A stretch of 64,000 bases of DNA, taken from positions 93,558,001-93,622,000 of the forward strand of contig OX597824.1 of NCBI GenBank assembly GCA_951406725.2. Direction: 5' to 3'. The position numbers were made by a program, and so were the translations under genes. Shown one piece after another: positions 14,501 through 27,779 of the stretch. This DNA is from Octopus vulgaris. Taxonomy: Eukaryota. The notes below the pieces were generated by a model that ran no database searches, had not been told where the DNA came from, and worked only from the letters and a program-made list of their open reading frames with translations. Position 1 is the stretch's first letter, and each line of letters opens with the position of its first letter.

Positions 14501-15052
14501 TATTGCATCGGTTGCAAATGCAATGTTCTTCATTGTACGTGTAGTATTATTAGTATTGCAAATTTTCCTGCGAGGGGAAATGATCGTTTCTGTTGTTGTT
14601 GCTGTTCTCGTTGTAGTTGTTTTGTTCAACTTGTAAAACAATGGCAATAAAGATTACAGGATATACAGACACATCCTGATATACGCGCATACATGAATAT
14701 CTACATTTGTATATATATATACATTTTTTTTGTGTGTGTGTGTGTGTGTATGTGTGTGCTTATATACGTTTTATTGTTTGTGTTTGTGTGTTTGTGTGCG
14801 TGTGTGGGTTGTGTGTATAGAAAGACGAGGATGGTGATGAAAGAGCGACTGGAATGAGAGAAATAGATAGGTATATGTAGACATTTTACGCATATATATT
14901 CCTGTAGACACTCGCACACACACACACACACAACATATGTATGTTATATATATGATATATACATGTATATATGTTAGTATTACTTGTATATATATTTATA
15001 TGGATATATATATATATATATATGTACACTGATACATAAATACATATATACG

Positions 15053-15084
<32 letters not shown>

Positions 15085-15484
15085 GTGTGTTGTGTGTGTG
15101 TGTGTGTTTCTGCATGTGTGTGTGTGTATAGTCATACATAACTATATACATATATATATATACATATATATATATATATGCATACACATGCTATATGTGT
15201 ATGAGTGTAGTCAACAATAGGCATGTATATGATTGTGTCTATCTGTGTAGGAGCATATTGTCTTTGAGATAACATCATAACGGCATACTTAGCATGATTG
15301 TCATTGTAAGATCTTTGGGAAATCATATGAAGCCGAAATGTTTAAAAAAAATAGACACGACAACGACAGCAACCAGAACAACAATAACAACAACAACAAC
15401 AAAACTACAATGGCGAACAGACAACAATAAAACACATGGAACGTATAGAATCAGAGATGTACACACTGATCTGCGCATACTTAC

Positions 15485-15565
<81 letters not shown>

Positions 15566-16204
15566 TATGGATGTATGGATGTCTGTATATCTGTTTCCCT
15601 AGCCGGCTTGGTTCTGAGATGAGTATGATATATTGAAAGTATAGACTGCTCTTTGTAGACCAAACATTTGCTTGGTTTATAATTTAGGTACAGATGTACG
15701 TTGTCGGCAACACAGATGCTCTCCCTTGAGAGTCGCATCTTTGACTTGGCGGCACATGAAAGCCGTGAGAGATAGTGGATAGAGAGAGTCGAATCGATAG
15801 AGCAGCGTGTCCGTTGCTCTAACCACAAGGCCATGTACCTCCACTTAATTTATATACCAGACTGAATAAAATTACTTGAGGAGGACTCGATTCACTGGAC
15901 TAAACTATATGAAGGCGATGCCCCAGAATGTCCGCCCATCACTGAAGTAAACAGTCGAAAAATACTTAGCCAACATGTGAAAAACTTAGAGTGAATAAAA
16001 AGAAAAGGAACAGGCAGTTACCCCTGAGGCTTGAACTACGAATCTGCTATTCGCCAGATAGTCGTGCAACCGGGTTTCTTCTTTAGTATTAAGGACTATT
16101 GTTTATAGCTCGATCGGTATTTGAGTTCGATCGTCTAGCGTGGATTTAATTACATAATTTTAGATGATTCTGTTGTTAGGTTCGAAATGTGAAGAATATT
16201 CGAT

Positions 16205-16224
16205 ATCTGTGTGAATGTGTGTTT

Positions 16225-16255
<31 letters not shown>

Positions 16256-17025
16256 AGTGCTTGTGTGTCTCTGTGTTTATGTATGTTTGTGTGAGTTTGA
16301 GTTTGTGTGTCTCTCTGTGCGTCTGTGCGTATGTATATTTGTGCGAGTGTGTATGTGTGTGCATGTCTGTTGTATGCATGTGTGTGTATGAGTGTTTGCG
16401 TGTCGACGTATGTGTGTATGCGTTGTGTGTGCATGTGTATGTGTGTTTGTGCGATTATTATTTGTATGTGTGTGTGTATGCGTGTGTCCATGTGTTTAGG
16501 TGTTTTGTTTGGTTGTGCATGTATGTCGTGAGGTCATGTGTGTATGTGTGTGCTTGCTCGAGTGTGTTATATATGTGTTTGTATGCATGTATGCGTGTAT
16601 ATAGTGTATCAGTGTGTGCATGTCTGCATGTGAGAGGATTTGTGAATATGAGTGTCTATTTTGTATATGCGTGTATCTTGTATATGTTGTATAATATTTT
16701 GCATATTTGTGCTTGTGTCGTGCACTACTATGTGTGTAGGTGTGTTATGAATGTGTATGCGCACGTACGTATGTGGTCTGTGTAGGTATATATATGTTTC
16801 GGTGTTTCGGTGCGCACACTTGAACGTGTGTATAGCGTTTCTGTGGATTCTGTGTGTATGCATGTGTATGTTCGCATGTATGTATGTGAAACGAGCTTCA
16901 TTGTGTGCATTGTGTATATGCATGTGCGTATGTGTGTTTTTGGCTGTGGATGTATCTTGTATGCACACGTACGTGTATGTGTTGTACGTCTATGGTCTGT
17001 GTGTGTGCGTATATTTGCTTGTGTA
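16205..17025. repeat. Degenerate TG-rich low-complexity tract
   Basis: About 800 bp of decayed (TG)n/(TATG)n. Confidence 0.85.
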
Positions 17026-18589
17026 TAAGGACGATATACTGCCAGCTCCCGAGACACAAACGGAGGTTATGTACCGCAATGCGAAATAAAGACAGCACGA
17101 TTGTTGTAAGTTACACATCAGTAATATGAGACCCAGCACTTACATCCATAAAACTCACGACAGACTATTTTCCCACAGCCTTTCTGAAACGAATTTCCAT
17201 ACACCCCGACCATGTTTATGGACAAACGTAACATTAAGCTGTGTATATGACCTGATCATCCTGTAAAGCAACGCTGCAATTTCATATCAAATTGCCGTCC
17301 ATTCCTTTCTGTCATAAACATATTTACGATTTGGGGCAACATTAATATCTACAAGATATTCTCGAAAACCTTTAAAACTGGGAAATTACTGCATGTAGTA
17401 ATTTAAAATATGATGTAATAGGGTTTAAGTAGCTTAGTGTTCGGATATATACAGGCTACGAATTCGACATCAAGTCTGTGTCTCCTGAACTGGGAATCCG
17501 TGACCTATGTGGCAAACACGGATAGCTGGTCTTTCTCGTCGCTGGTTAATGATATTCCAGAGACGGTAAGTTAACCAGCTCTGCTTCTTCTATGATGTTT
17601 CCAGAAGCAAGCTCTTAATCCCTAGTGCACTTACCATCTCTTCACTTGTGGATATGCGTATATGTTTGTCTTAGGGTACCTCTTTACAGTTTTTCTCTAA
17701 CATTTTGCTCACTTAGCCTTTTAGGACACACTCAATATATTATCCCACAAACAGTAGAAACTTATTATAATGGATATGGATAATGCAGAGCTAGTCCCAC
17801 GTCATTTAATCATGTACACTGTCTGGGGCAACATGTGACATGTAGCGTATAGATTTCAGAGTGAAAGTCTATTTGGGATTACCTGGTTTCAAATGAGCAG
17901 CTAAAGAGCCTCAGGTTCATTGGGGCGTCTGTGAGGGGACTTTTCCGGAGGCAATTCTATGACATAAACCATAGCTGGGACCTGGACGGGTTCTACTACT
18001 CTGGGTTCCGTAATAGTAGACCTGGAAACAATAGTGACTAAGAGGTATTTCCAAATTCCTCAAACCACTGAAATACCTGACTCAGGGCCCCGCTATTCGC
18101 TACAGTTAAAAACCATACACAGAACGTCGGGGATACTTACTAATATACGGAAGTCTGGAAAGTATGCGAATATATTGAACAATATGTTTTTGCATTTGCA
18201 AAAGACAAACTAAAGCCTATCGTTCTGGTTGGATCGCTTTGATCAAAGGTTGGTACAATGGCGATTGACCTGGGAATAAAGAACAACGGCAAAAACAACA
18301 AAGCAAACACATGCATATTGCTATTTATTTATTCCACTTCATACACCAATATAGAAAAGCCGTTGCATGATCTTTACGAATTTGATCAGAATTTGATCAA
18401 TAGATTTTATGGTTGCAATAAAAACGGTTGTTCAATGCCGAGTTCTAAATAAAGAACTTTAGGAATATCAGTGGAATAAGTTATCCAAGTGGGTTGGAAA
18501 CAAAGTCATGTCGCATATCAGCATGGCGAAGAAGCAAATGCCTCTTTGGACTTAATAGATATATTTAATCAAGATAATATTTCCTCTCG

Positions 18590-18930
18590 TTTGGCGGTGA
18601 GCCGGCGGAATCGTTAACACGCCGGGAAAAATGCTTAGCGACATATCGACCATTTTTATGTTCTGAGTTCAAATTCCACTGAGGTCGATTTTGCCTCTCA
18701 TCATTTCAAGACCGATAAAACAAATACCATACAAACACTGCAGGTCCTTGGAATCGACTTGTCCACTTCCCTGTAACTGCTGTCCTTGTGCCAAAACTGG
18801 AAATCAATATTTGTGGTGAACTGGCAGAATCGTTAGCAAGCTGGACTAAATTCTTTGCAACGTTTCGTCCTTCTTGTTGTTCTGCGTTCAAATTTCGCCC
18901 CAATAGTTTTTGCTTCCGAGTTTCTAATAA
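18590..18930 (+). mobile_element. Two degenerate SINE family C copies
   Basis: GGCGGTGAGCCGGCGGAATCGTTAAC...TTCTGAGTTCAAATTCC and GGTGAACTGGCAGAATCGTTAGC. Confidence 0.7.
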
Positions 18931-19049
18931 TATTGGGGATGAACATAACATATTGTAATAGACTTGCGTATAACATTTCTTAAGAAGGGACATTGTAGCA
19001 AGTGCTACATTATATACATTTGAACCTAAAAACTCCCTACAGCCTTACG

Positions 19050-19420
19050 TGTCGGTGTGTTGGTTTGGGAAGACGCTTGCTTCCCAAACACGAGGAAACT
19101 GGAAGAAGCCTGTCATATGCATGCTTTGTGTATATATGTATGTGTGTGTTTGTGTGAGTGTGTGTGTATGTATGTATTATGTATGTGTGCGTGTGATTGT
19201 CTTTGCGTCTGTTTGTTCCCCCACTACCATTTAACAACCAGTGGTGGTATGTTTGCCAACCCATTACATGGCGGTTCAGTATAAGACTCCAATAGAATAA
19301 GTACCAGCCTTTAAAAAAAATTATAATAAATACCGAGGTCAATTTATACAACTCAAAAATTTTGAAGGCGGCGCCATAACATGGCGGCAGTCTCATGACT
19401 GAAGCAAGGAAAAGATAAAA
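19050..19420 (+). mobile_element. SINE family B, degenerate
   Basis: GGAAACTGGAAGAAGCC, AATAGAATAAGTACCAG and ATGACTGAAGCAAG segments occur in family order. Confidence 0.65.
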
Positions 19421-20071
19421 AATATTAGAAAGAGCGTAAGAGAAAATTTTATAAATTTCCAAACCAATTAACCGGATTTGTATTATATTCGTGTTTTTTG
19501 TCGAAAAAATTAGTTGCCTAATTGTGGATCACTTTTCGTATCGCAATCAAAATTGGTTAGTTAAGATAACTGATGGTGTACGGAATTTGCACGTATTATT
19601 GTTTCTAGGTAAAAAAAAAACAGAAAAAAGGCGTCCATCATTATCTGTAACTGGGTAATTAATTAGTGTTTTAATTTACACAATATCTCAACGTAACCAT
19701 GTAAAATCTTGCTTCAGTCAATGGTGAAGGGAAAAAAACTCTTTTAAAAACATTCTAAGTGTGAGGTATTTCTTTCGAAACACGAAAACTGCATTACTCA
19801 TATAAATACACAGAGACGCTTTAATAAACACTCATGCCCATAAACACACGTATTTGCATAAACACATATACGTACAACAATTCTATGCACACACTTGTGT
19901 ATATGGATATCAAATAGCCCTTGATACAAACACGTGGTATCACAATCAAGCATTAGAGACTGAAAAATTAAGTACCTGTTGCGTACTGAGGTTGATATAA
20001 TGAACTGGCCCCCTCCCCCAAAATTTCGGGCCTTGTGCCAATTGTGGAAAGAAATATTATACATTGATTTA

Positions 20072-20490
20072 AGGCAGCGACCAGGCACCTACGTTTGCAC
20101 GCCGGGCGAAATGCTTAGAAGTATTTCGTCTGCCGCTACGTTCTGAGTTCAAATTACGCCGAGGTCGACTTTGCCTTTCATCCTTTCGGGGTCGATAAAT
20201 TAAGTACCAGTTACGCATTGGGGTCGATATAATCGACTTAATCCGTTTGTCTGTCCTTGTTTGTCCTCTCTGTGTTTAGCCCCTTGTGGGTAGTAAAGAA
20301 ATACGTATTTCTTCTGCCGCTACGTTCTGAGTTCAAATTCTGCCGAGATCGACTTTGCCTTTCATCCTTTCGGGGTCGATTAAATAAGTACCAGTTACGC
20401 ACTGGGTGTTGACTCAGTCGACTTAATCACTTTATCTATTCTTGTTTGTCCCCTCTATGTTTCGCCCCCTTGTGGGCAACAAAGAAATAG
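20072..20490 (+). mobile_element. SINE family C, dimeric (body duplicated without head)
   Basis: Two tandem ~180-bp units TATTTCGTCTGCC...GCCTTTCATCCTTTCGGGGTCGAT...GTGGGTAGTAAAGAAATA; the central motif resembles the Meta/MESC SINE domain (from recall). Confidence 0.85.
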
Positions 20491-20793
20491 TTATCATACA
20501 TTGATTTACACTGGTTGGAATCTTCACATTGCATGTCTAGTCTCAAATGGGCCGCTTTTTATAATTAGGTTATGTTGTTTATATTCTGCATTCCAGCTTG
20601 CCTCCGAGTCTTTGTAGTTGCACCAGATTATCATTAGATTCACTGACTTCAGTAATTGACTCCTGACCATCAGGCAGACAATATCATTTGATAACACAAT
20701 CAACACTAATATTCACTTTGCCATTAAGTCGATCTAATAAACTGGTCCCGTCCCCACAAAATTTCGGGCCTTGTGCCTAGAGTGGAAGAGTAT

Positions 20794-20940
20794 ATCATCA
20801 TCATCATCATCATCATTGTTCGACCGTGGTCGAGACAATGGAATTTACCATGCTACGCCAGACTTCACGGTCCATCTTAGCATTACGGAGGTCCTGTTGC
20901 TGGATGCCTGTATCCCTGGAGATTACATCAGGGTAGGAGA
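20794..20940 (-). mobile_element. RTE-type LINE extreme 3' end with (TGA)n tail
   Basis: Minus strand translates SYPDVISRDTGIQQQDLRNAKMDREVWRSMVNSIVSTTVEQ*, carrying the RTE-like C-terminal DR..WR motif, followed by (TGA)n. Confidence 0.7.
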
Positions 20941-20959
20941 AAATTATACATTGATCTAA

Positions 20960-21590
20960 GGCGGTGAGCTGGCAGCATCGTTAAGACGCCGAGCGAGATG
21001 CTAAACGTCACTTTGTCTGTCTTGATGTTCTGAGTTCAAATTCTGCCGAGGTCGCATTTGCCTTTCATTCTTTCGGAGTCGATTTTAAATAAGTAGAAGT
21101 TACGCATGGGGTCGACGCAGTCGACTTAATCCCTTTGAGGAGGCACAATGGCCCAGTGGTTAGGGCAGCGGACTCGCGGTCGTAGGATCGCGGTTTCGAT
21201 CCCCAGACCGGGCGTTGTGAGTGTTTATTGAGCGAAAACACCTAAAGCTCCACGAGGCAACGGCAGGGGGTGATGGCAATCCCTGCTGTACTCTTTCACC
21301 ACAACTTTCTCTCACTCTTACTTCCTGTTACTGTTGTACCTGTATTTCAAAGGGACGGCCTTGTCACTCTCTGTGTCACGCTGAATATCCCCGAGAACTA
21401 CGTTAAGGGTACACGTGTCTGTGGAGTGCTCAGCCACTTACACGTTAATTTCACGAGCAGGCTGTTCCGTTGATTCGGATCAACCGGAACCCTCGTCGTC
21501 GTAACCGACAGAGTGCTTCCTCTTAATCCCTTTATCTATCCTTGTTTGTCCCCTCTATATTTAGCTCCCTAGTGGGCAACAAAGAAATAA
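20960..21590 (+). mobile_element. SINE family C interrupted by a family A SINE
   Basis: Head GGCGGTGAGCTGGCAG at 20960; the body resumes after 21533. Confidence 0.85.
21137..21521 (+). mobile_element. SINE family A, full length, tail type 2, 12-bp TSD
   Basis: TSD CTTAATCCCTTT at 21125-21136 and 21522-21533; near-identical to 63062-63444. Confidence 0.92.
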
Positions 21591-22249
21591 ATATTATACA
21601 TTGATCCTCCGAGTCTTTGCTATTGCACAAGATAATCATTATATTCACTGACCTCATCGATTGACTCCTGACCATCACTCAGACTATATCATTTGATAAC
21701 TTAATCAACACCAATATTCGCTTTGCTGTTAAAGTGATAGGACAATTATTTGAAAGATATTTGAAACTTGATCGTTTTTTGTTCTTTTGTTTTCTCCCCG
21801 GATTCCTTGCGGGAACTGGAAATTATCCATGACCGGCGCGAAAGACCCGTTAGTTGATTTTTATCGACGCACAAGTTCTTCCCTCCGTCGTCATCTATAT
21901 TGCACATGTCTAACTCACAATAGACCGATATAATAGAATATCTACTGACCGCGTTGCCTTATGGATATAAGGTTCTGAGACTGATATAGGGTTCTGATCG
22001 CCTTATGACAACCTTCTGGCAACTTTTGTTCACGCCTGATACCAAACTGCACTTCTGTTAAAGGGACAACCTGCGCAACAAAGTGTCTAAAACAACCGTG
22101 ACCACACTTGCTCACCACAAAGAAAACGCTGGAGATGTCGTAGCCTCAGCGTTGTCTGAACGGCAAAACAGATGAAACTGCCGATTAGCATGGTGTCCGG
22201 CATGCTAACGATTTTGGCAATTTTCCGTCAAATAGTAATTATTTCTATT

Positions 22250-22865
22250 TCTACTATAGGCACAAGGGGCTAGTCGATTACATCAACTCCAATACGTAAC
22301 TGCTACTTGCTTCATTGACCCAAAAAGGATGAAAGGCAAAGTCGACCTCGGCGTAATGTGAACTCACAACGTAGCGGCAGACGAAATACCGCAAAGCATT
22401 TCGCCGGGCGTGCTAACGATTCTTATTTCTTTATTGCCCTCAAGGGGCTAAACATAGACGGGACAAACAAGGTAAGAGAAAGGGATTAAGTCGATTACAT
22501 CGATTCCAGTGCGTAACTGGTACTTAATTTATCGACCCCGAAAGGATGAAAGGCAAATTCGACCTCGGCGGAATTTGAACTCAGAACGTAACGGCAGACG
22601 AAATACCGCGAAGCATTTCGCCCGGCGTTCTAACGATCCTGCCAGCTTCCTAATAATATTCCTTTCTACTGGAAGCACAAGGTGGAAGGGATTAAGTCGA
22701 TTACAGCGACCCCAGTATACCCAAGTGGTACTTAATTTATCGTCTCCGAAAAGATGAAAGGCAAAGTCGACCACGACAGAATTTGAACACAGAGCGTAGC
22801 AGCAGACGAAATATCGCTAAGCTTTTCGCCCGACGCGTTAACGTATCTGCCAGCTCGCTGCCTTC
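22250..22865 (-). mobile_element. Three tandem SINE family C copies
   Basis: Repeated GATGAAAGGCAAAGTCGACC...CAGACGAAATACCG units at ~22325, ~22545 and ~22755. Confidence 0.85.
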
Positions 22866-22867
22866 CC

Positions 22868-22885
22868 AATAATAATAATAATAAC

Positions 22886-22955
<70 letters not shown>

Positions 22956-22980
22956 GTGATGATGATGATGATAATGATAA
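22868..22980. repeat. (TAA)n/(TGA)n microsatellite
   Basis: Direct reading. Confidence 0.95.
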
Positions 22981-23262
22981 TTCAGATAATACTTCATCCC
23001 ATACATTAAAAAAAAACGCATTATCATATACGTATTTGTATAATGTACGTGTGTACACGAGTTTTGGATGCGAGAGTGTGTAGGTATATGTGTACGAATG
23101 TATTTGTTTGTGTGTGCGCGTGTGTATGTATGTAAACTTGTGTGTAGACCTAATTAGCATTTTCACCGGCAACCATTATTCCCCACCACTCTTTATCTGA
23201 TATCCCTCATTTATCCATCTTACACCTCTCCCTTATTCTCTTGCCAAATATATATATGTATA

Positions 23263-23642
23263 TCTCTCTCTATATAAACGGCAGTTTGTCTGTGCGTGTT
23301 TCTGTGTGTCTGTTTGCTTGTACCCTCACCCTGACCACGGCTTTCAACCGATTCTGATGAAACTTGACACACACATAGCCCAATGTCATAATTCAAAACT
23401 AACGCAGTGAAAATTTTGAAAAATTCCCCCAGTTCTGAAAAATATCGATAAATTCGACATGGGGTCGAGAATCAGAAACCCAAACCACAGACCGTCTAGG
23501 GGACGCAACTCCACCTTTTTTAACTCAAAAAAATTTACCATCATTTTTTTGCCATTCTTTGGCTATTTTTTGGCTAACTCTCTAAAAATGCTTTATAGTT
23601 ATTTCCCTTACAAACCTGAGCAACGCCGGGCGATACTGCTAG
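23263..23642 (+). mobile_element. Non-autonomous Helitron, apparently complete (380 bp)
   Basis: A|TC 5' end, (GTCT/GTTT)-like tract followed by CAACCGATT, subterminal GC-rich imperfect hairpin CCTGAGCAACGCCGGG, CTAG|T 3' end, no TSD. Confidence 0.8.
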
Positions 23643-23689
23643 TATATATATATATATATCTTCCACTCTATACAAATAGCTATTTCTAA

Positions 23690-23780
23690 CGCTCTATATA
23701 TATATCTATATAACACCCTCTCTCTATACATATATCGCTCTCTATGTCTCTATATATCTCTGTGGTTTTCTCTCTATTTA

Positions 23781-23838
<58 letters not shown>

Positions 23839-24658
23839 TCTCGCCAATTATTTATTGCTTTACTCTTCTCCGTCCAAGTCATTAATTACTTTTTCATTGT
23901 CATTTCTGATCCTACTCTTTCCCCTTCTCCTCACTCTTTACATAAATCTCTCTCACACTCTCCTACACTTTCTGCTTATTTCTCAGTCCATCTCATCCTT
24001 TTACTTCTTCTCTCTCTCTCTCTCTCACTCTCTCTCTCCCTCACTATCTGTTTATCTATCTATCCATCCATCTATCTATCTATCTTTCTCCATTTTACTC
24101 TTCCTTCCAAATCTATTTATGCATCTTCGCACTTTATTATCAGCTTTTCTCTCTGTCTACGCCTTTCTCTCTCTCCATCTCTCTCTCTCATCTTCTCTCT
24201 CTCACTCTCTCTCCCTCTCCCTCGCGTCTTTCTCTCTACCTAACTCTTATTCACTTAATCTCACCTTCTTTCTATTACTGTCTCTCCTTCATTTTCTCTT
24301 TCTCCCAACTTATCCTTCTTTCCCAGTTTATTCATTATCTTCCTCCATGTGTCTCTGTCTCATTCTGTACCTCTGTCTATCTCTCTCCCTCTCTCCCTAC
24401 CTCTCTCTTTCTGTCATGCATACACACATACACACACACACTTATACATTTTCTTCCTTTCTCTCCACTCTCTCTCGTTCTTACTATCCAAATCTTTTTC
24501 ACTTAATCACATTCCTGTATTTCTCTCCCTCTTTCATTCCCTCTCCTCCATCTCCCTCCCCCTTTCTCTCTCTCTCTCTCTCTCTCTCTGTGCCTATTCT
24601 TCTCCTCAAATTTATGCATCTTTGCACTTCATTATCTCCCATCTCTCTCTTCCTCTCC

Positions 24659-24698
<40 letters not shown>

Positions 24699-24730
24699 TA
24701 TCTATTTCCCACTCTCTTCCTCTCAATATC
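23690..24730. repeat. About 1 kb pyrimidine-rich (CT) low-complexity tract
   Basis: Direct reading; explains the 347-aa Leu/Ser-rich ORF. Confidence 0.9.
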
Positions 24731-25317
24731 TTATCGGTCTTTCACTTTCTGACATTATCATCAAAAATGGAATCATTATTGAATTAAAATTACTTTAATT
24801 AAGCATACCGAAAATCTCACTTCAAAATCGCTAATTTTTTCCTCTCTCTCTTTATTATTCTTCTTCTCCAACTACCATGCAGGCTAATCATGTGTTTGTA
24901 GCAGATAAACTGAACTTGTAATTAACACACCAACAGATAATTTTGACACGAGAAATGTTTATAAAATGTAAACACAGCTACGTAGAGGCGCTGTTGTATT
25001 ACGACCAGCCATTTCATAATAGATTTACATACACCAATGAAAAACACCAAAAAACGGACACAAAAAGCAACAAATAGGAAATGATGGTCATGGCAGAAAT
25101 GACTTTGATCATAAATCTGCTAAATTAGGAATTGACCTGAACCAAACAACAACAACAAAAAATGACAATGCTAACAATAAACATGTTAAAAACAAAAACA
25201 AAAAAAGCTGACTTCCAGCGTTACAGAAGTTTCGATTATTAAACAAGAAAACAGGGAAACCTAAACAAAATCCATACAAAAATTTTTAAAAATAGATGTA
25301 ATATTATAACAAATTAA

Positions 25318-25474
25318 CGTGGCTTTTTGCTAACGAGCTTGCGTAAGAACCACATGGTTCCGTGTTCAGTGCGACTGCTTGGCACTTTGGGCGAGGGTTT
25401 CTGTTATAGCCTCAGGCCGACCAAATGCTTGTGGATGGATTTGGTAGACAGAAAGAGAAGGAATCCCGTCGTGG

Positions 25475-25557
<83 letters not shown>

Positions 25558-25795
25558 GTTATAAAGGGAGAGAGAAACGTATGTATATTTGTGTGTGTGT
25601 GTGTGTCTTTGTGTATATGTTTTACCCATCGCCACTTGAAAACCGATGTTGGTTCATTTATGTCCCCATAAGTTAGCGGTTCGGCAAGAGATATAGAATT
25701 AGTCCCAGACTTAAAAAGAAAATAAGTACCGGGGTCGATTCGTTCTATTAGAATTCTTTCAGGCGGTGCTCCGGTATGGAAGATAAAATAAAAAG
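25318..25795 (+). mobile_element. SINE family B
   Basis: CCACATGGTTCCG...GGATTTGGTAGAC...internal (TA)n(CA)n...TTAGCGGTTCGGCAAG. Confidence 0.8.
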
Positions 25796-25889
25796 AAATT
25801 AATTAATGCGGACAATTATGAAAGGAAATTGTACGTTGGAGGAAATGGTTTTCCTCCAATATCCACCGGGTCGATATTGCCATTCGTAA

Positions 25890-26270
25890 GGCGTCGGGCT
25901 GGCAGAAATGTTAGCACACTGGGCGAAATGCTATTTCATCTGCCGTTTCGTTCTGAGTTCAAATTCCGCCAAGGTCGAATTTGCCTTTCATCCTTTCGGG
26001 GTCGATAAATTAAGTACCAGTTACGCACTGGGGACCATATAATCGACTTAATCCGTTTGTCTGTCCTTGTTTGTCCTCTATGTGTTTAGCCCCTTGTGGG
26101 TATTAAAGAAATAGGTATTTCGTCTGTCTTTACGCTCTGACTTCAAATTCTACCGGGGTAGACTTTGCCTTTCATTCTGCCGGGCTCTATAAATTAAGTA
26201 CCAGTTGCATACTGGGGTGGATCTAATCGACCAAAAATATGTAGGGCCTTGTGCCTAGAGCAGAAAAGGA
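25890..26270 (+). mobile_element. SINE family C, dimeric
   Basis: Head at 25890; junction AAAGAAATAGGTATTTCGTCTG at ~26105; second unit ends GGGCCTTGTGCCTAG. Confidence 0.85.
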
Positions 26271-26444
26271 TATTACCATTCATAATTCGACATCGAGGAC
26301 GTGAGCTATCTTCAGGCAAAGATTCGTAGGTGAGAAGATTGAAAGTGACACTGGGGTAAAATATACGAAACCGTGTGTAACTATCAGAACTGCACGTCTA
26401 CTAAGAGTACACCTGGCACATACATCACAAACACGTGTGCACCG

Positions 26445-26512
<68 letters not shown>

Positions 26513-26928
26513 GTTATGGGTTTTTCTTCTTCTTTCAAATTTGCTTCCATTTCTTGCCGAGTGTCTTCCCGACTCCTAGGGCAAAGAAACTCATAGTATA
26601 CATTGGTAGGCCATTAGACTAAACTCACTAGTTCGTTATTTTTTTTTTTTTTGATAGGAATAAAGTTAAATTAAAATACATGGGTAGTAATAGTTCTCAC
26701 ATCGACAATGCTCTTTTCAATACGTGTGATGTACCAGTTAAGACAATCTTTTGCACTTCTTGCAGGGATGGTAAGCCAGGGATCATTCTCATATAATTTT
26801 CGGCTCCCTTCTTCATCATTCCTAGTACTCCTACGATCACTGGTATTGTAACCGCCTTGAGATGCCACATTTTCTCAATTTCAATGAGTAGGTCTTTATA
26901 TTTTCTGAGCTTGTCAAATTCTTTCGCC
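26513..26928 (-). mobile_element. 5'-truncated R4/Dong-clade non-LTR retrotransposon inserted in (TAA)n
   Basis: Flanked directly by (TTA)n at 26446-26512 and 26929-~27075; carries an endonuclease C-terminus and 3' UTR. Confidence 0.85.
26697..26927 (-). pseudogene. C-terminal fragment of the restriction-like endonuclease of an R4/Dong-type ORF
   Basis: Uninterrupted frame AKEFDKLRKYKDLLIEIEKMWHLKAVTIPVIVGVLGMMKKGAENYMRMIPGLPSLQEVQKIVLTGTSHVLKRALSM*, matching the K..KY.DL, P.(I/V)G.LG and QK..L.GT.H.L motifs. Confidence 0.85.
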
Positions 26929-26992
<64 letters not shown>

Positions 26993-27001
26993 TACTATTA
27001 C

Positions 27002-27058
<57 letters not shown>

Positions 27059-27342
27059 TATTATCGTTATTATTATCATTGTTGTTGTTATAATTACTAT
27101 TTTACAAATTAAATATAAACACTGCACTGACGACACAGTGTTAATTACATATATACGTATATTCACGTATACACACATACACATGCATACGTAATGTGTA
27201 TATAAATATGTGTGTGTGTGCGTATGTATGTATATATGTGTATTTATATATAGCATTACATCTATGTTGAGGTGAAATTCCCAAATAGAGTTTACGTGTG
27301 TTCGTGCGTGTAAGTGTGTGTATATGGGTATGTGTGTGTGAA

Positions 27343-27381
<39 letters not shown>

Positions 27382-27723
27382 ATGTACGTTCGGATTTTGC
27401 AATTTACAAGCTTGTAATGAGAAACCATATTTTGAGACAGATATTTCATTTTAAAATATGGTCATTCCACTGATAAACACACGCAATGGTTATAGTTCAC
27501 TTGTTGTTAATCGATAGAATTTTAATTCTTATTTTAGACTATTGATTAATTGGTCAATGTTAATCGTTACTCTTCTGTATCGAATTTCATTGACTCCCGC
27601 ATATTTAAAAATTTGTACAAAGACATGGCGAAAGACTGACAAATCGATCAGCTGATTGCAAAGTGAACGACCTGTTCAATTTATTGATAGAATGAACCTG
27701 TCAAAATACAATTATCTATGTAT

Positions 27724-27763
<40 letters not shown>

Positions 27764-27779
27764 CTTTCTTTCTTTCTTT

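Noticed and set aside
13902-14636. 244-aa ORF rich in I/M/N/H
   Set aside because: Pure translation of compound trinucleotide microsatellites
20072-22865. CRISPR-like regular repeats
   Set aside because: These are tandem SINE bodies in eukaryotic DNA, with no repeat-spacer structure or cas genes
23744-24787. 347-aa Leu/Ser-rich ORF
   Set aside because: CT-rich low-complexity DNA lacks stop codons by composition; no domain signal
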